64,000 bases of DNA from a virus: IMG/VR virus record IMGVR_UViG_3300046501_000246. The stretch is one strand, 5' to 3'. Below, in pieces: positions 28,340-38,942 of this stretch. How positions within the stretch are numbered: the stretch's first letter is position 1; each line of letters opens with the position of its first letter. The notes beneath the pieces are model-generated. The model did not search any database and was not told the origin of the DNA. It worked only from the letters and a program-made list of their open reading frames with translations. The translations under genes were made by a program, and so were the position numbers.

Positions 28340-29048
28340 TCGTGAAACCTGCATATTACTTGATTGAAAACTGTAAGTGCGAAGCCTATGTCCAAGAAAT
28401 TGCGGTCTGTATTTTCTGGCGCAGATGGTATTGGAAGGCTAAATTTTATTACGAAGGCGAATGCACTCCGTATGACATTTTTGATGGAACAGAATTAACA
28501 GAGCAAGAAGCAATCGACTCTTGCCTCAGTAAATATGGGGAGTTGTTTCCTTCCGATGACTAAAGCTGTTGTAGTTTATCAAGCTGGCGACGAGAAACAT
28601 AGTATTCAAGTCGCCTTAAGTAGGCGAGATGGAAAGACTTTTGTTAGAGAATTTAAGCGCCATACCAGATTCGGAAAGAAGTGGGATACATGGCGCGAAA
28701 CATCTTTTCCTGAAGTGATTGCACTAGGATTTGAAGAATTTAAACGCGTCGATAAAGGTGTCAAAGTTGTCTTACCTATTCCCATTACTACTTAGTGTTG
28801 GCGTCAATATTACATGTTTCATGGCTTTTGCGGCATGGAAGATGGGCCAAACCCCTCGTGACAGAGTAAGACATAAAGTCCGAGGCTCTTATTACGAAAT
28901 CATAGGTTTTGCCACGGTCCAAACCGCTGATGCACTTAAAGATGACGATAGAGTTTTTGTTTATCGAGATATTGACTCTGACGAAATGTATGTTAGAAAA
29001 GATAGTGAATTTGCAGATGGAAGGTTTGAATTAATCAATGCCAAGTAA
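28336..29048 (+). CDS. Three short CDS, the last DUF1653-like
   Basis: 28336-28563, 28535-28795, about 28842-29048 (RHK.RGSYYEIIG..VYR..YVR..EF). Confidence 0.6.
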
Positions 29049-29532
29049 TTTAAAAACTATGATCCTCGTCAAAGCTGCTCTATCTGGCCAATACGACAAG
29101 CAGAAAGTATCTAAGTACGATCACTGTGTCAGGGTTTCTAATAATGCATTAATGCTGGTGAAGCGTTACGACATTGCGGACGAAAAGCTCGCAAGTGATA
29201 TTTATCAAGTCGCACTGCTCCACGACGTACTTGAAGATAGCGATATTACGGCTTATGATCTCCATCTCTATGGATATAGCAATGCCATTATCGACGCGGT
29301 AGAGCTTTTGACTCACTATAACGAAGATGGAAGTTATTCAGACTATATCGATACGCTCTGCGCCAGCGGTAATATCACTGCTCTGATCGGCAAGCTGGCC
29401 GACAATATGGATAATACATCAATTGGACGCAATGCTGATCTTGATGATAAGTTTAAAGCCTACCTCAACAAGAGGTACGCTGGTGTGAGAGAGAAGCTTG
29501 AAGCAGCGATTGAAAAGGTTTTATCAGCATGA
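29038..29532 (+). CDS. HD-domain (p)ppGpp hydrolase-like protein (Mesh1/SAH type)
   Basis: YDHCVRVS, ALLHDVLEDS, VELLTH, KLADNMDN. Confidence 0.8.
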   Translation: MPSNLKTMILVKAALSGQYDKQKVSKYDHCVRVSNNALMLVKRYDIADEKLASDIYQVALLHDVLEDSDITAYDLHLYGYSNAIIDAVELLTHYNEDGSYSDYIDTLCASGNITALIGKLADNMDNTSIGRNADLDDKFKAYLNKRYAGVREKLEAAIEKVLSA

Positions 29533-32293
29533 AACTTTTAAAGGAACATATCGAGTATTTTTTGGCTCAGGGCGCATTAAGCCCCGGAACTATACTTAAA
29601 ATTTTTACTGATTTAAACTTCAATAAAAGAGATGTTCAAACTATTATTCACAGTGGTTTTGATCGCGGTTATTGGCACTTAGATAAAAACATGTACGTGT
29701 CACTAGGGCCGTGGATTGGCGAAGTAAATGACTGAAGCTCAGATTAAACACATGGTTAACCGGTTTCTGACATGGAAACTGCCTGAAAACTTTAATCCAG
29801 ACGCAGGAATTAGCTTTAAGCCAGATTTTAATGAGAACACTCCGTGGCCCAAGAAGCATCAACCCTATGGCACCAATCTGCTCGACGCGGTTCAAGCCGA
29901 AGCAATGGTCCGTCACCTTCTTGAAGGAATTGAATAATGTGGCCCTCCGATCCTCTGACACAAGTCTTCGCCGTGATAGCATTGTATTTCACTGTGAAAT
30001 GGATTTTAATAATTATTAACAACAAAATTAATGGTACGAAAGACACATTCGAATGACAAATAATGTAAGTTCTTCATCTTCAAGTGGTATTGGTTTCGTC
30101 GGTCTCCTCACCATTCTTTTCATCGCTCTGAAGCTAACCGGCTTCATTGCTTGGTCTTGGCTATGGGTACTGTCTCCGCTCTGGATCGCGCCCCTAGTAA
30201 TTATCGCAATTCTCGTTCTTCTATTTCTAATCGCTCTTAAAATTGATGGTTCAAAAAGACGATGACTCTATTAGATTATTATTTACTTTGGGCCGGTTCG
30301 GGGCTTTTGGGCTGTGTCATAGGATTCTATATAGATTATTATCTAGGGAATGACTCTAGATTAAAGGATTTGCTAGGATTTATCACTCTTGCTCTAATTA
30401 TTGGACCTTTTGTTGCCGTGATGGCTATATCGTATTTCTGCTCAGAATTTAAAATTTTAGACAGAGTAATCATCCGTGGAAGGAAGAAAAATAATGACTG
30501 AGCATAACCACAAAGAATTGCGCGCCAAGTGGACCGCTGCGCTGCGATCCGGCGAATATGAGCAGGGCAAGAAAGACCTATGCACCCCTGACGGGGCATA
30601 TTGCTGCCTCGGTGTGGCTGGTAAAGTCATTGGACTGAGTGACTATGAGTTACGAGATATCCGCAATATGTCTGTTAACCCTTACGCGCTTGTGGCTAAA
30701 ACTTTTGGCCTTCGTGACGTGTTAGGGGAGTACAGCACGAATGCTTTGTTCCGTCACAACGACGTGGAAGGCTTGACCTTTGCCCAAATCGCGGATATAA
30801 TCGACGCCGAACCAGAAGGTTTGTTTGTTGATTAAAGGAGAACCAGACATGATTATCACAGCCCTCGTGCTAAGCGCTAACATCCTCTTCATCCAGAACG
30901 GGGAAATTAAGGTTGGTAAAGTGGTCAAGAAGTCTGGCTCTATTACTTACGTGCAAGATTGTGAAAACGAATCTCAGATTTACCGCATCCCTGTTCCTCG
31001 CGGGCAGGTCGTAGGTGCATATCGCGGCACTTGTGCCGACTTCAGATCATTGAAAAGGGAACTTAGGTGACGGTGGATTTTTGGAGCCTTTTTGGCTGGT
31101 GGTTTTTTGTAGGAATTTGTGAATATTTAGGCCTTACATTGTATGCCTTTGTTATGTTCGCCGTCTCTGAACGTTATTTTGGACTAGGCGGCGCAATTCT
31201 TGTCGGTTACACGGTTTGGTGTTCAATTTTTATTCTGCCAATTGCTTGGCTATGTTACGGATTTTATTTAATTGGTACACAATTTTAGATTAAGGCTTCG
31301 GCTACTGGTTCGCCGTTGGGCCTATCCATATTACGACTGTGAAAATTGCATCGGCATGATAGAACATGGATGTTACTGTTCGTATTACGACGCTTATAGT
31401 CCCGGCTCAGGTGATATTCCTTGGTGGGCCAAAATTTTAAGAAAGATTTAGTTTATGAAAATTGTTTTAGTAAGTGGCGATGATTGGGAAGGTCTGTATA
31501 TAAACGACTGTCTTATCACCGAAGGTCATAAAGTCACTGTGAGAGAAGTTGTTCAGGCTATTTCTGAACGCTTGATTCGTCTAGACATTACGTATGAATG
31601 GAAAGAAGCTGACTATGAATGGCTTCATGTCCGAGGCGACTTACCCCAAGAACTTAAGAAGGTTAAATTTTTAAATGACAACGTATAAAGAATATCTAGA
31701 ACTTGCGGACAAGTTTTTCGCCGCGAAACGCGAACTTAAAGGTAGCCTCATCGAAGAAGGCATTACCGGTGTCCTGACCAATGTTCATTTCAAGACTCCC
31801 GGCCTTCCCATGAATGGCGCTCGTTATCCGAATCTTGGTGGCACGATTGAGATTGACACGAAGGGTCGATTTCTCGGCGGCGAGGTCATTTCTACAAGCA
31901 AAGTAGAAAAGATTTATGTCGAGAATGGCAGAACTTTTGCCAAGACCCATTATTCACTTTATGAATTAATTGATTTTGATCCCGAAACTATTCCAGAGGA
32001 CTTCCGTTATGCCTTCCAAGACCTTTGATAAGGAACAGCTTAAGCTGGTGATTTGGGAAGATTCTGAATTACTTGAACTGATTAAAGACGATATCACTGA
32101 CACTGGCCGCTGGTCCGTACATCATGAAATGGTTTTCAAAGACGTTGAGACTGGAAAATTTTACTTGACAAATTATTCTATTGGTGCTACAGAACAACAG
32201 GATGAGCGCCCATTTGAATATGGTCCAGATGAAATTGAATGCGACGAAGTTGCTCAGGTGGAACGCACTATTTTAGTTTACGAAAAAATTTAG
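29529..32293 (+). CDS. Run of short hypothetical and membrane CDS
   Basis: 29529-29735, 29728-29937, 30053-30265 (TM), 30262-30501 (TM), 30494-30835, 30825-31070, 31067-31288 (TM), 31272-31451, 31455-31688, 31675-32028, 32009-32293. Confidence 0.65.
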
Positions 32294-32304
32294 AAGGAGC
32301 TTAA

Positions 32305-32448
32305 ATGTCTAAAGTTAATGAAACGCGCACCGAAAAGATGAAGAAGAAGAGCACGGAAGAGCTTAAGGCAATTATCCAGAGCGGAAGCCTTAGCTCAGCT
32401 GCGGCGGAATATGAAATGCAGCGCAGAATGAAGGGTGGTGGGAAGTAA
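32305..32448 (+). CDS. Small basic protein, 47 aa
   Basis: Hand-translated MSKVNETRTEKMKKKSTEELK...GGGK; aaggag RBS. Confidence 0.7.
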   Translation: MSKVNETRTEKMKKKSTEELKAIIQSGSLSSAAAEYEMQRRMKGGGK

Positions 32449-32495
32449 GAAGCTTCCCCACTTAAGTCACAACAACCACTGAAAAGGAACTAAAT

Positions 32496-32639
32496 ATGTT
32501 TATCCTCGATCTTATCCTCCTCGCCCTTGTTGGTTATGCCGTTTATACTGCGTATTCAACTTACACTGAACGCGGAAATTCTGTTTCCCCTCTCGATGAA
32601 TACCTTGGAGCTTTCTGGAAGAAGCTCCTGCGTAAGTAA
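32496..32639 (+). CDS. Small single-TM protein, 47 aa
   Basis: Hand-translated MFILDLILLALVGYAVYTAY...WKKLLRK; aaagga RBS. Confidence 0.7.
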   Translation: MFILDLILLALVGYAVYTAYSTYTERGNSVSPLDEYLGAFWKKLLRK

Positions 32640-32662
32640 TCTAGCCTTTGATTTTACTTATG

Positions 32663-32700
32663 AAAGTCCTGTCAAGCCATTGTCAGGACTTTTTATTTTT
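32663..32700 (+). terminator. Rho-independent terminator
   Basis: aaagtcctg/caggacttt stem followed by a long T tract. Confidence 0.7.
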
Positions 32701-32721
32701 TAAAAATGGACCTAGAAAGTA

Positions 32722-32750
32722 TTGACTTTTTTGGTTTTTTGTGCCATATA
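32722..32750 (+). promoter_or_regulatory. Promoter for the primase-helicase gene
   Basis: TTGACT 32722-27, N17, CATATA (GCCATATAAC). Confidence 0.65.
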
Positions 32751-32776
32751 ACAAGCATGTGAAAAAAGGCATAATA

Positions 32777-35700
32777 ATGAAGATTACTGAAGACGAGCTT
32801 GAAAGGCTTGTTGCTGGTTTATTTGGTGACGGTCTTACTCAGGGCAATATTGAATTTTTTAATGATAAAGACGACGTTCCGCTTCAAACTCGCGATTTAG
32901 ACGAAGTCATTGATTTTGATCCCACTCACATCAGCTTAGAAACGACGGCCAATGAGCTTGTAGGCTTTGGCCTGCCCGCAGATGAAGTCCCTAGTCACTT
33001 CCCCGCACCTTCAGCTGAAGGCGGCGGTTTGAAGCTATGGTTTTACGAAAGCGCCATTGATGGTGATCTCATTCCCCAATATGGCGAGCCTGTCGTAGAG
33101 ATTCCTCTTATTTCCTACACCTTCAACGAAGACAATTTCTACGAGACGTTTGATTTCGAGGAAGTAGTCAAGGATTCTAAGCTCCTATCCAAGGTTGATA
33201 AATCAACAAAAATCTCTATCGCATTGGCTCCCACTGCTGCGGCTAAGAAGGGCGGCTGGAAAAACGTTGAAGGCACCTTCGGCGGCGTTATTGAAATGCT
33301 TACTCTCCACCAAGAGGGTAAGAAGGATGGAACTTGCTTTCTTCAAGGCGAATTGGCCGGGAATGATCGTTCCGGTAACGCTCTGGTCAAAAACTATTTT
33401 ATCGGCTTCGATCTGGATACAGGTGAAACCGCCGAAGAAATTGACGCCCGTTTGGCTGAGACTGGCCTAGCTTATGTGCGATACACGACTCACTCGCATA
33501 TGAAAGACGAATCTGAAGTGAAGCGTGATGCTTTTTTCAGATGGAGCGGAAGAGATGCAACAAAGAACGTTGAAATCAATCTTCTCAGGAAGTACCTGAT
33601 CTCTGAGAGAGGTTTCCTCCCTCGCGTTGTTGAAACTCTCGACATTATCGAAGATGCTAAGGTGTCACAAGAGGGCACACTGACGATTATTAGGCACAAG
33701 CAGATGCCTAAACATCGTATCATTTTCTTCCTTTCAGAGCCTTTTGTCTTCCAAGGCAAGGCCAATCAAAGAGAAGAACAGAAGGCGTGGAAAGAGCATT
33801 ATCACGGCTTAGGCACTGAGTTAGGCTTTGTGTATGACCATTCATGCACCGATCCGGCACGTCTATTTTATATGCCGCGCCATGCCAAAGATAGCCCATA
33901 TGAAACTAGATTCGTAGACGGCGAATATGTTGATCTACGCTCTTACGACCGCATCGAAATGAAGCGCGGCGACAAGTCTGATGCGAGTAACGCTTTCCAA
34001 GACGCAGGTAAGTCACTAGGCGCGAAGGGCGAAGGTCTTTACGTTGATGGCTACAACTTGAAGCGTTGGATCGCAACAAGAGACTGTGAGATTGTTGATC
34101 TCATTGAAGAGTATTATCCAGACGCTATTAGAACGCCGCGTACCAATGGTCCCGGCTTCCATATCGAATGCCCTTTCGAAGATGAGCATAGCAAGGCAGG
34201 CGGCGCAGGAACTTACGCTATTAACGCCTCAGACGGCGATACTGGCTTCATGATTCACTGCACCCATAACTCATGTGCGGGCCGAAACAAATTAGAATAT
34301 GTGCAGGGCATGGTCGAGCTTGAATGGTTCACGGTTGATGACCTTCAGGACGAACGCTTTTGCCCTAGCCTTATCAGGGAAGAGCCTGAAGAAAAAAGTG
34401 ACGAAAAGAAGCCGCTAACTCAAGCCGAAGTTAACATTCCAGCACTGATTGATTCAATATCGCAAGCCAGTCAAAAAGACGACGTAATTGATATTGTAAG
34501 GCAGATTGGCCGTTTAGACGATTTAGATGAGGACGATTTCGAGGTTTACCTTTCAAAAATAAGTAGAAAGACAAAAATACCTAAGAAAATTCTAAAGAAG
34601 CATCTCCCAACTAAATACGAAAAGACTGAGGAAGACAAGAATAAAAAGCTTGACGAATTGGACAAAAGGCTTCACAAATACAATGAACGATATGCCATGG
34701 TCGATACTGGTTCTAAAGTAGTTATCATGGATTCCCATAAAAAAGATATGACTTTTACCGGTCGAGATGACTGGAAAGCCCTTAAAGCGAATGAGAAAAT
34801 TTTGATCCACGAAGGAAATGAACCACGATTGGAGCACGTTTCAAAGCTTTGGCTCGAATGGGAACAGCGCCGTACCTATGAAGGTGTCACGTTCGATCCT
34901 CGTCCCAATCCTGATCCTTCAAAGTTTAATCTTTTCAAGGGTTTTGAGACAATTGCCCGAAAAGGTAATTGGGACAAGCTCAAAAATCACATCTTCGAAG
35001 TGATTTGCCATAATAATGAAGAGCATTATCTATGGGTATTGACGTGGCTCGCACACATCGTTCAACGTCCTTGGGAAAAGAAGGGCTCAGCCATTGTTGT
35101 GCGCGGCCTAAAGGGTGTCGGTAAGTCTCTTGTCTTCACTATCTTCCAAGACATTATGGGCAAGTACGGCATGAGTTCGGCCAACGCGTCTCACATTACG
35201 GGCCAATTCAACTGGCACTTTAGAGACAAGCTGTTCATGATCGCTGAAGAAGGTCTATTCGCCGGTAATGCCAGAGAAGACTCAATCCTTAAAGAACTGA
35301 TTACAGGTTCGTCTCTTCTCATGGAGCCGAAGGGTATCGATGCGTTCCAGATGGAAAACTATCTTCGCATCGTCATTATCTCAAACGAAGAATGGGTCGT
35401 CAATGCTTCATCCGATGAGCGTCGATATTTTGTGACTGAAGCTTCAGACAAATATAAAGACGATATCGTTTACTTCAAAGGCATCATTGAACAAATGGAA
35501 AATGGTGGCAAGGAAGCGATGATGTATGACCTTCTTCACTTTGAGCCACAGGGATCAGCTGGTTGGGACGTTCTGAGACAGCCTCCAAAGACTGATGCTT
35601 TGAGACAGCAAGTAACACAATCAATGCATGTTTGGGAGAAGTTCTTTGTCACTCTCGTAGAAAATATGGGCATTGATGAAGTATCTTCACAAGATTTAGA

Positions 35701-35977
35701 TAAGGTAGAGTTAGATTATGGCATAGATAATTGGGTAGACCCTAAAATTCTTAGACAACATTATTATAATAGTTTGAAAACATCCCAATCCAGATATAAA
35801 GCCGATCCAAAAACATTCCAAAAGCTAGCCGATCAATACTTGCTCGCAAAAATGGTTAGAAGGAAGAGACAAAATAACGAAGTTTGGATGAAACTACCTC
35901 CTCTAGAGACTATTATGGACCACATTCAAAATAAATTAAAAATCAAACTTGACATGATTAACATTACGGAAGAATAA
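32777..35977 (+). CDS. AEP-type primase/Zn-finger/SF3 (D5, DUF5906-like) helicase fusion
   Basis: FDLD, YTTHSH, DHSC.DPARLFYMP; CPFEDEH..CTHNSC; RGLKGVGKS, AEEG, IISN, DERRYFV; start moved to ATG 32777. Confidence 0.8.
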   Translation: MKITEDELERLVAGLFGDGLTQGNIEFFNDKDDVPLQTRDLDEVIDFDPTHISLETTANELVGFGLPADEVPSHFPAPSAEGGGLKLWFYESAIDGDLIPQYGEPVVEIPLISYTFNEDNFYETFDFEEVVKDSKLLSKVDKSTKISIALAPTAAAKKGGWKNVEGTFGGVIEMLTLHQEGKKDGTCFLQGELAGNDRSGNALVKNYFIGFDLDTGETAEEIDARLAETGLAYVRYTTHSHMKDESEVKRDAFFRWSGRDATKNVEINLLRKYLISERGFLPRVVETLDIIEDAKVSQEGTLTIIRHKQMPKHRIIFFLSEPFVFQGKANQREEQKAWKEHYHGLGTELGFVYDHSCTDPARLFYMPRHAKDSPYETRFVDGEYVDLRSYDRIEMKRGDKSDASNAFQDAGKSLGAKGEGLYVDGYNLKRWIATRDCEIVDLIEEYYPDAIRTPRTNGPGFHIECPFEDEHSKAGGAGTYAINASDGDTGFMIHCTHNSCAGRNKLEYVQGMVELEWFTVDDLQDERFCPSLIREEPEEKSDEKKPLTQAEVNIPALIDSISQASQKDDVIDIVRQIGRLDDLDEDDFEVYLSKISRKTKIPKKILKKHLPTKYEKTEEDKNKKLDELDKRLHKYNERYAMVDTGSKVVIMDSHKKDMTFTGRDDWKALKANEKILIHEGNEPRLEHVSKLWLEWEQRRTYEGVTFDPRPNPDPSKFNLFKGFETIARKGNWDKLKNHIFEVICHNNEEHYLWVLTWLAHIVQRPWEKKGSAIVVRGLKGVGKSLVFTIFQDIMGKYGMSSANASHITGQFNWHFRDKLFMIAEEGLFAGNAREDSILKELITGSSLLMEPKGIDAFQMENYLRIVIISNEEWVVNASSDERRYFVTEASDKYKDDIVYFKGIIEQMENGGKEAMMYDLLHFEPQGSAGWDVLRQPPKTDALRQQVTQSMHVWEKFFVTLVENMGIDEVSSQDLDKVELDYGIDNWVDPKILRQHYYNSLKTSQSRYKADPKTFQKLADQYLLAKMVRRKRQNNEVWMKLPPLETIMDHIQNKLKIKLDMINITEE

Positions 35978-35982
35978 CATAA

Positions 35983-36234
35983 ATGCGTAGGTCACTATTT
36001 CAGCAGTACATTATTGAAAATCTAGACGACATGTCGGAAGCTCTTGAGGGCTATGAAATTGATGAATTTCATGTCTCAATTGATTATGATAAAGAAGAAG
36101 GCTATCGAGCATATTTTTGGCTCACAGCAGACGGCGAACCACTCGCGGAAACAGAAGGTTGGGGCAAAGATAAGAACCAGCTAATTCAAGATATTATTTC
36201 TGTTTTTGGCGAAGAAGTCGATATCGTATTTTAA
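35983..36234 (+). CDS. Acidic hypothetical protein (distant paralog of 4026-4289)
   Basis: 83 aa. Confidence 0.7.
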   Translation: MRRSLFQQYIIENLDDMSEALEGYEIDEFHVSIDYDKEEGYRAYFWLTADGEPLAETEGWGKDKNQLIQDIISVFGEEVDIVF

Positions 36235-36244
36235 TTTTTGAGAA

Positions 36245-36285
36245 AGAAGATTCCACTTGACAAAAGTGGAATCTTCTGTTATAAG
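36245..36285 (+). promoter_or_regulatory. NAD operon promoter with a 14-bp inverted repeat centred on the -35
   Basis: TTGACA 36257-62, N17, TATAAG 36280-85; agaagattccactt (36245-58)/aagtggaatcttct (36264-77). Confidence 0.75.
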
Positions 36286-36323
36286 TTGCACGTTAAATGA
36301 AATGGCAAGAGAAGGAGTTTCAA

Positions 36324-37388
36324 ATGCCGGGTATTAAATACGACTATGGCGTCTTCATTGGACGTTTTGCTCCCATCCACGACGGCCACGTCAAAGTAAT
36401 GATGGAAGCGCTTGCGAAATGCGATTATCTTATCGTAGTTTGCGGTTCCGACAACTTGGCGCGGAACACAAGAACCCCCTTTACAGCTTTGGAACGTCAG
36501 GAAATGATTCGTATCGCTACGAATCACGACGAACGGATTCTGCTCACAAGTGTTGGTGATTATCCGTATAACGATAATCTCTGGCTCGCGGAAGTTCAAC
36601 ATGCCGTAAATAGCGCGATTCGTAATCATGAACCAGTAGCGAAATATACAAATCGCGGTTTCAAGGATTACACTCATTCCATCGCGCTCGCCGGTATGTC
36701 GAAAGACGAGACTAGCTTCTATTTGAAACTATTTCCTCAGTACGAGTCAATAGCCGTTAGTCCAGCGGATTACGAAGGCGAAGTGCTTAGCGCTACAGCT
36801 GTTCGAGAATACCTTTTCGCTGGTAACATCGCAACAGCGCCTCACCTTGATCCGAGAGTGAAAACCGCAATCGGTAATCATATTAAGGTTAAACCCGAGA
36901 TTTGGGAAGGTCTGCGATCTGATTGGGAATATGAGAAGGGATATGAAGCGGCATGGGGCCGTGGTCCACACACCACGGTAGACAGCGCAGTGATTCAAGC
37001 TGGTCACATTCTCCTTATTAAACGTGGAAATGATTATGGCCGCGATCTGTGGGCCATGCCGGGAGGCTTCGTTAATCGCGAACGTCTGATTCATGCCGCT
37101 GTTCGTGAACTGCGTGAAGAGACAAGACTGAAAGTACCTGAAAAGGTTCTGTTTGGATCATTGCAAGCCTCTAAGGTTTATGACAACCCTTTCAGGAGCA
37201 ACAGAAGTCACATCATCTCTCATTGCTTCAAGTTTGTTCTTGAAAATGTGAAGGCTGGATTGCCTGAAGTGAAAGGGTCCGACGACGCGAAACATGCTCA
37301 GTGGATTCCTATTTCAATGCTGCCCACTATGCGTGGTCAGTTCTTTGAGGATCACGAACAAATTATTAATGATATTATCAACGCATAA
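36324..37388 (+). CDS. nadM: Bifunctional NMN adenylyltransferase/ADP-ribose pyrophosphatase (NadM-NUDIX)
   Basis: FIGRFAPIHDGH, TPFT..ER, LSATAVR; Nudix box GGFV..RELREET; GSDDA; start at ATG 36324 after aaggag. Confidence 0.9.
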   Translation: MPGIKYDYGVFIGRFAPIHDGHVKVMMEALAKCDYLIVVCGSDNLARNTRTPFTALERQEMIRIATNHDERILLTSVGDYPYNDNLWLAEVQHAVNSAIRNHEPVAKYTNRGFKDYTHSIALAGMSKDETSFYLKLFPQYESIAVSPADYEGEVLSATAVREYLFAGNIATAPHLDPRVKTAIGNHIKVKPEIWEGLRSDWEYEKGYEAAWGRGPHTTVDSAVIQAGHILLIKRGNDYGRDLWAMPGGFVNRERLIHAAVRELREETRLKVPEKVLFGSLQASKVYDNPFRSNRSHIISHCFKFVLENVKAGLPEVKGSDDAKHAQWIPISMLPTMRGQFFEDHEQIINDIINA

Positions 37389-37405
37389 GCGAAGGAGTTT
37401 CTAAT

Positions 37406-38830
37406 ATGCTACTTACACGTTCACTAATTACCAGTACCGACAATTACAAATTTAGCCATCCGTTTGTGGTCCGAAAGGATATTACAGGCGCTACCTCTTA
37501 TATCGAAGCGCGCAAGACGGCTTACACCGACGAAATCGTCTTCTTCGGCCTTCAGGCTTGGATCAAGGAATATCTGACCAAGAGGTTGTCTTGGGTTGAT
37601 ATTGACAGAGCGGAACGCCATGCCAAGTCGGCAATGGTCCCGTTTCACCGCAAATTGTGGGAACGTGTCGTCAATGAATATGGCGGTTATGTTCCGGTAA
37701 AGATTGAAGCTTTGGCCGAAGGCACTGTCGTTAGTCCCGGCGTTGTCGTGGTCCAGGTCAGTTCCGATGCTATGCCTGAAATCGTAGCTGATATCGAGAC
37801 TAGTTTGCTTCGTGCGATTTGGTATCCTAGCACGGTCGCAACACTGAGCCGCAAAATCAAGCAAACAATCGCCAGTGCTTATAAATACACGTCCGATCTT
37901 GACATTAAAGACCCTATGACACTGGCTTGCGCCCTCAATGACTTCGGCGCTCGTGGCACATCATCCGGTGAAACAGCAGCACTTGGCGGATTAGCGCATG
38001 CCATTAACTTCCTCGGTTCCGATACTGTCGAAGCAATTGGTGCGGCTGAAGATTATTATGAACATGATCTTGAGCGAGATGGTCCTGTTATCATTTCAGT
38101 GCCAGCTACCGAACATAGCGTAACGACTATGAATGGCGAAGCAGGGGAATCTGCCTTCGTTGGACGTGTAATTGATACGTTTACCGAGATGGGATATCCA
38201 ATTATCTCAATCGTTGGAGATAGTTACGATCTTGACCGCTTCGTGTCTCAGTACATCGGCATGGATCATAAGGAAAAGATTGAGGCTCGTGACGGCTGGA
38301 TCGTGGTCCGACCTGATAGTGGTGAACCGACCGAAATCGTACCTCATGTTCTAGAACTTCTGGATGAAAAGTTTGGCAGCACGATCAACTCTAAGGGCTT
38401 TAAAGTATTAAATCCTAAAGTTCGTGTCATCCAAGGCGACGGCGTAAATCTCAATTCTATTGAAGATATTCTTGAAGCTGTGGAAGATTTTGGCTTCTCA
38501 GCCGAGAATATTTGCTTCGGGATGGGCGGACAGCTTTTGCAGGCTCCAATGCGCGATGATTTCTCTTGGGCCATGAAGACGAACGAAATTCGTATCGGAA
38601 ATGAACGAATCGAGGTTCAAAAGAAGCCTAAGACCGACATGAGCAAGTCGAGCAAGGGTGGCCGTCAAGCCGTGGTTCACAACGGCACCAAGCTAGTGTC
38701 TGTCAAGTTCAGTGACTTGGCTAATGCTTCACATGGGACCGAGAATTACCTAAAGCCTATTTGGAACACAGGTAAATGGCTGAAGCTACCAATCACGTTC
38801 ACAGAGGTCAGGGCTAACGCTTCGATCTAA
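37406..38830 (+). CDS. nadV: Nicotinamide phosphoribosyltransferase
   Basis: TDNYKFSH, FFGLQ, WYPSTVAT, DFGARG, PATEHS, DSYD, VVRPDSG, IQGDG, FGMGG. Confidence 0.92.
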   Translation: MLLTRSLITSTDNYKFSHPFVVRKDITGATSYIEARKTAYTDEIVFFGLQAWIKEYLTKRLSWVDIDRAERHAKSAMVPFHRKLWERVVNEYGGYVPVKIEALAEGTVVSPGVVVVQVSSDAMPEIVADIETSLLRAIWYPSTVATLSRKIKQTIASAYKYTSDLDIKDPMTLACALNDFGARGTSSGETAALGGLAHAINFLGSDTVEAIGAAEDYYEHDLERDGPVIISVPATEHSVTTMNGEAGESAFVGRVIDTFTEMGYPIISIVGDSYDLDRFVSQYIGMDHKEKIEARDGWIVVRPDSGEPTEIVPHVLELLDEKFGSTINSKGFKVLNPKVRVIQGDGVNLNSIEDILEAVEDFGFSAENICFGMGGQLLQAPMRDDFSWAMKTNEIRIGNERIEVQKKPKTDMSKSSKGGRQAVVHNGTKLVSVKFSDLANASHGTENYLKPIWNTGKWLKLPITFTEVRANASI

Positions 38831-38837
38831 AACATTT

Positions 38838-38860
38838 AGCCCGCTTCGGCGGGCTTTTTG
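38838..38860 (+). terminator. Rho-independent terminator with UUCG loop
   Basis: agcccgc-ttcg-gcgggct followed by tttt. Confidence 0.85.
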
Positions 38861-38877
38861 CTGTCCTGAATGTAGTC

Positions 38878-38902
38878 AAAAAGAAAGCCCGCTGACGCGG
38901 GC
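38878..38902 (-). terminator. Terminator for the convergent minus-strand block
   Basis: gcccgc/gcgggc stem with ttctttt on the minus strand. Confidence 0.75.
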
Positions 38903-38942
38903 CTACACTAGTTTATTGAATTGTTATCGCACTACTTTTGTG

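Noticed and set aside
32438-32461. Hairpin gtgggaag/cttccccac after the 47-aa gene
   Set aside because: Bulged stem and no U tract; too weak to call a terminator
32741-32776. GTG start for the primase-helicase in the ORF track
   Set aside because: It overlaps the predicted -10 box; ATG 32777 fits better
36297-36323. Upstream ATG for NadM-NUDIX
   Set aside because: It lies about at the TSS with no RBS; aaggag precedes ATG 36324
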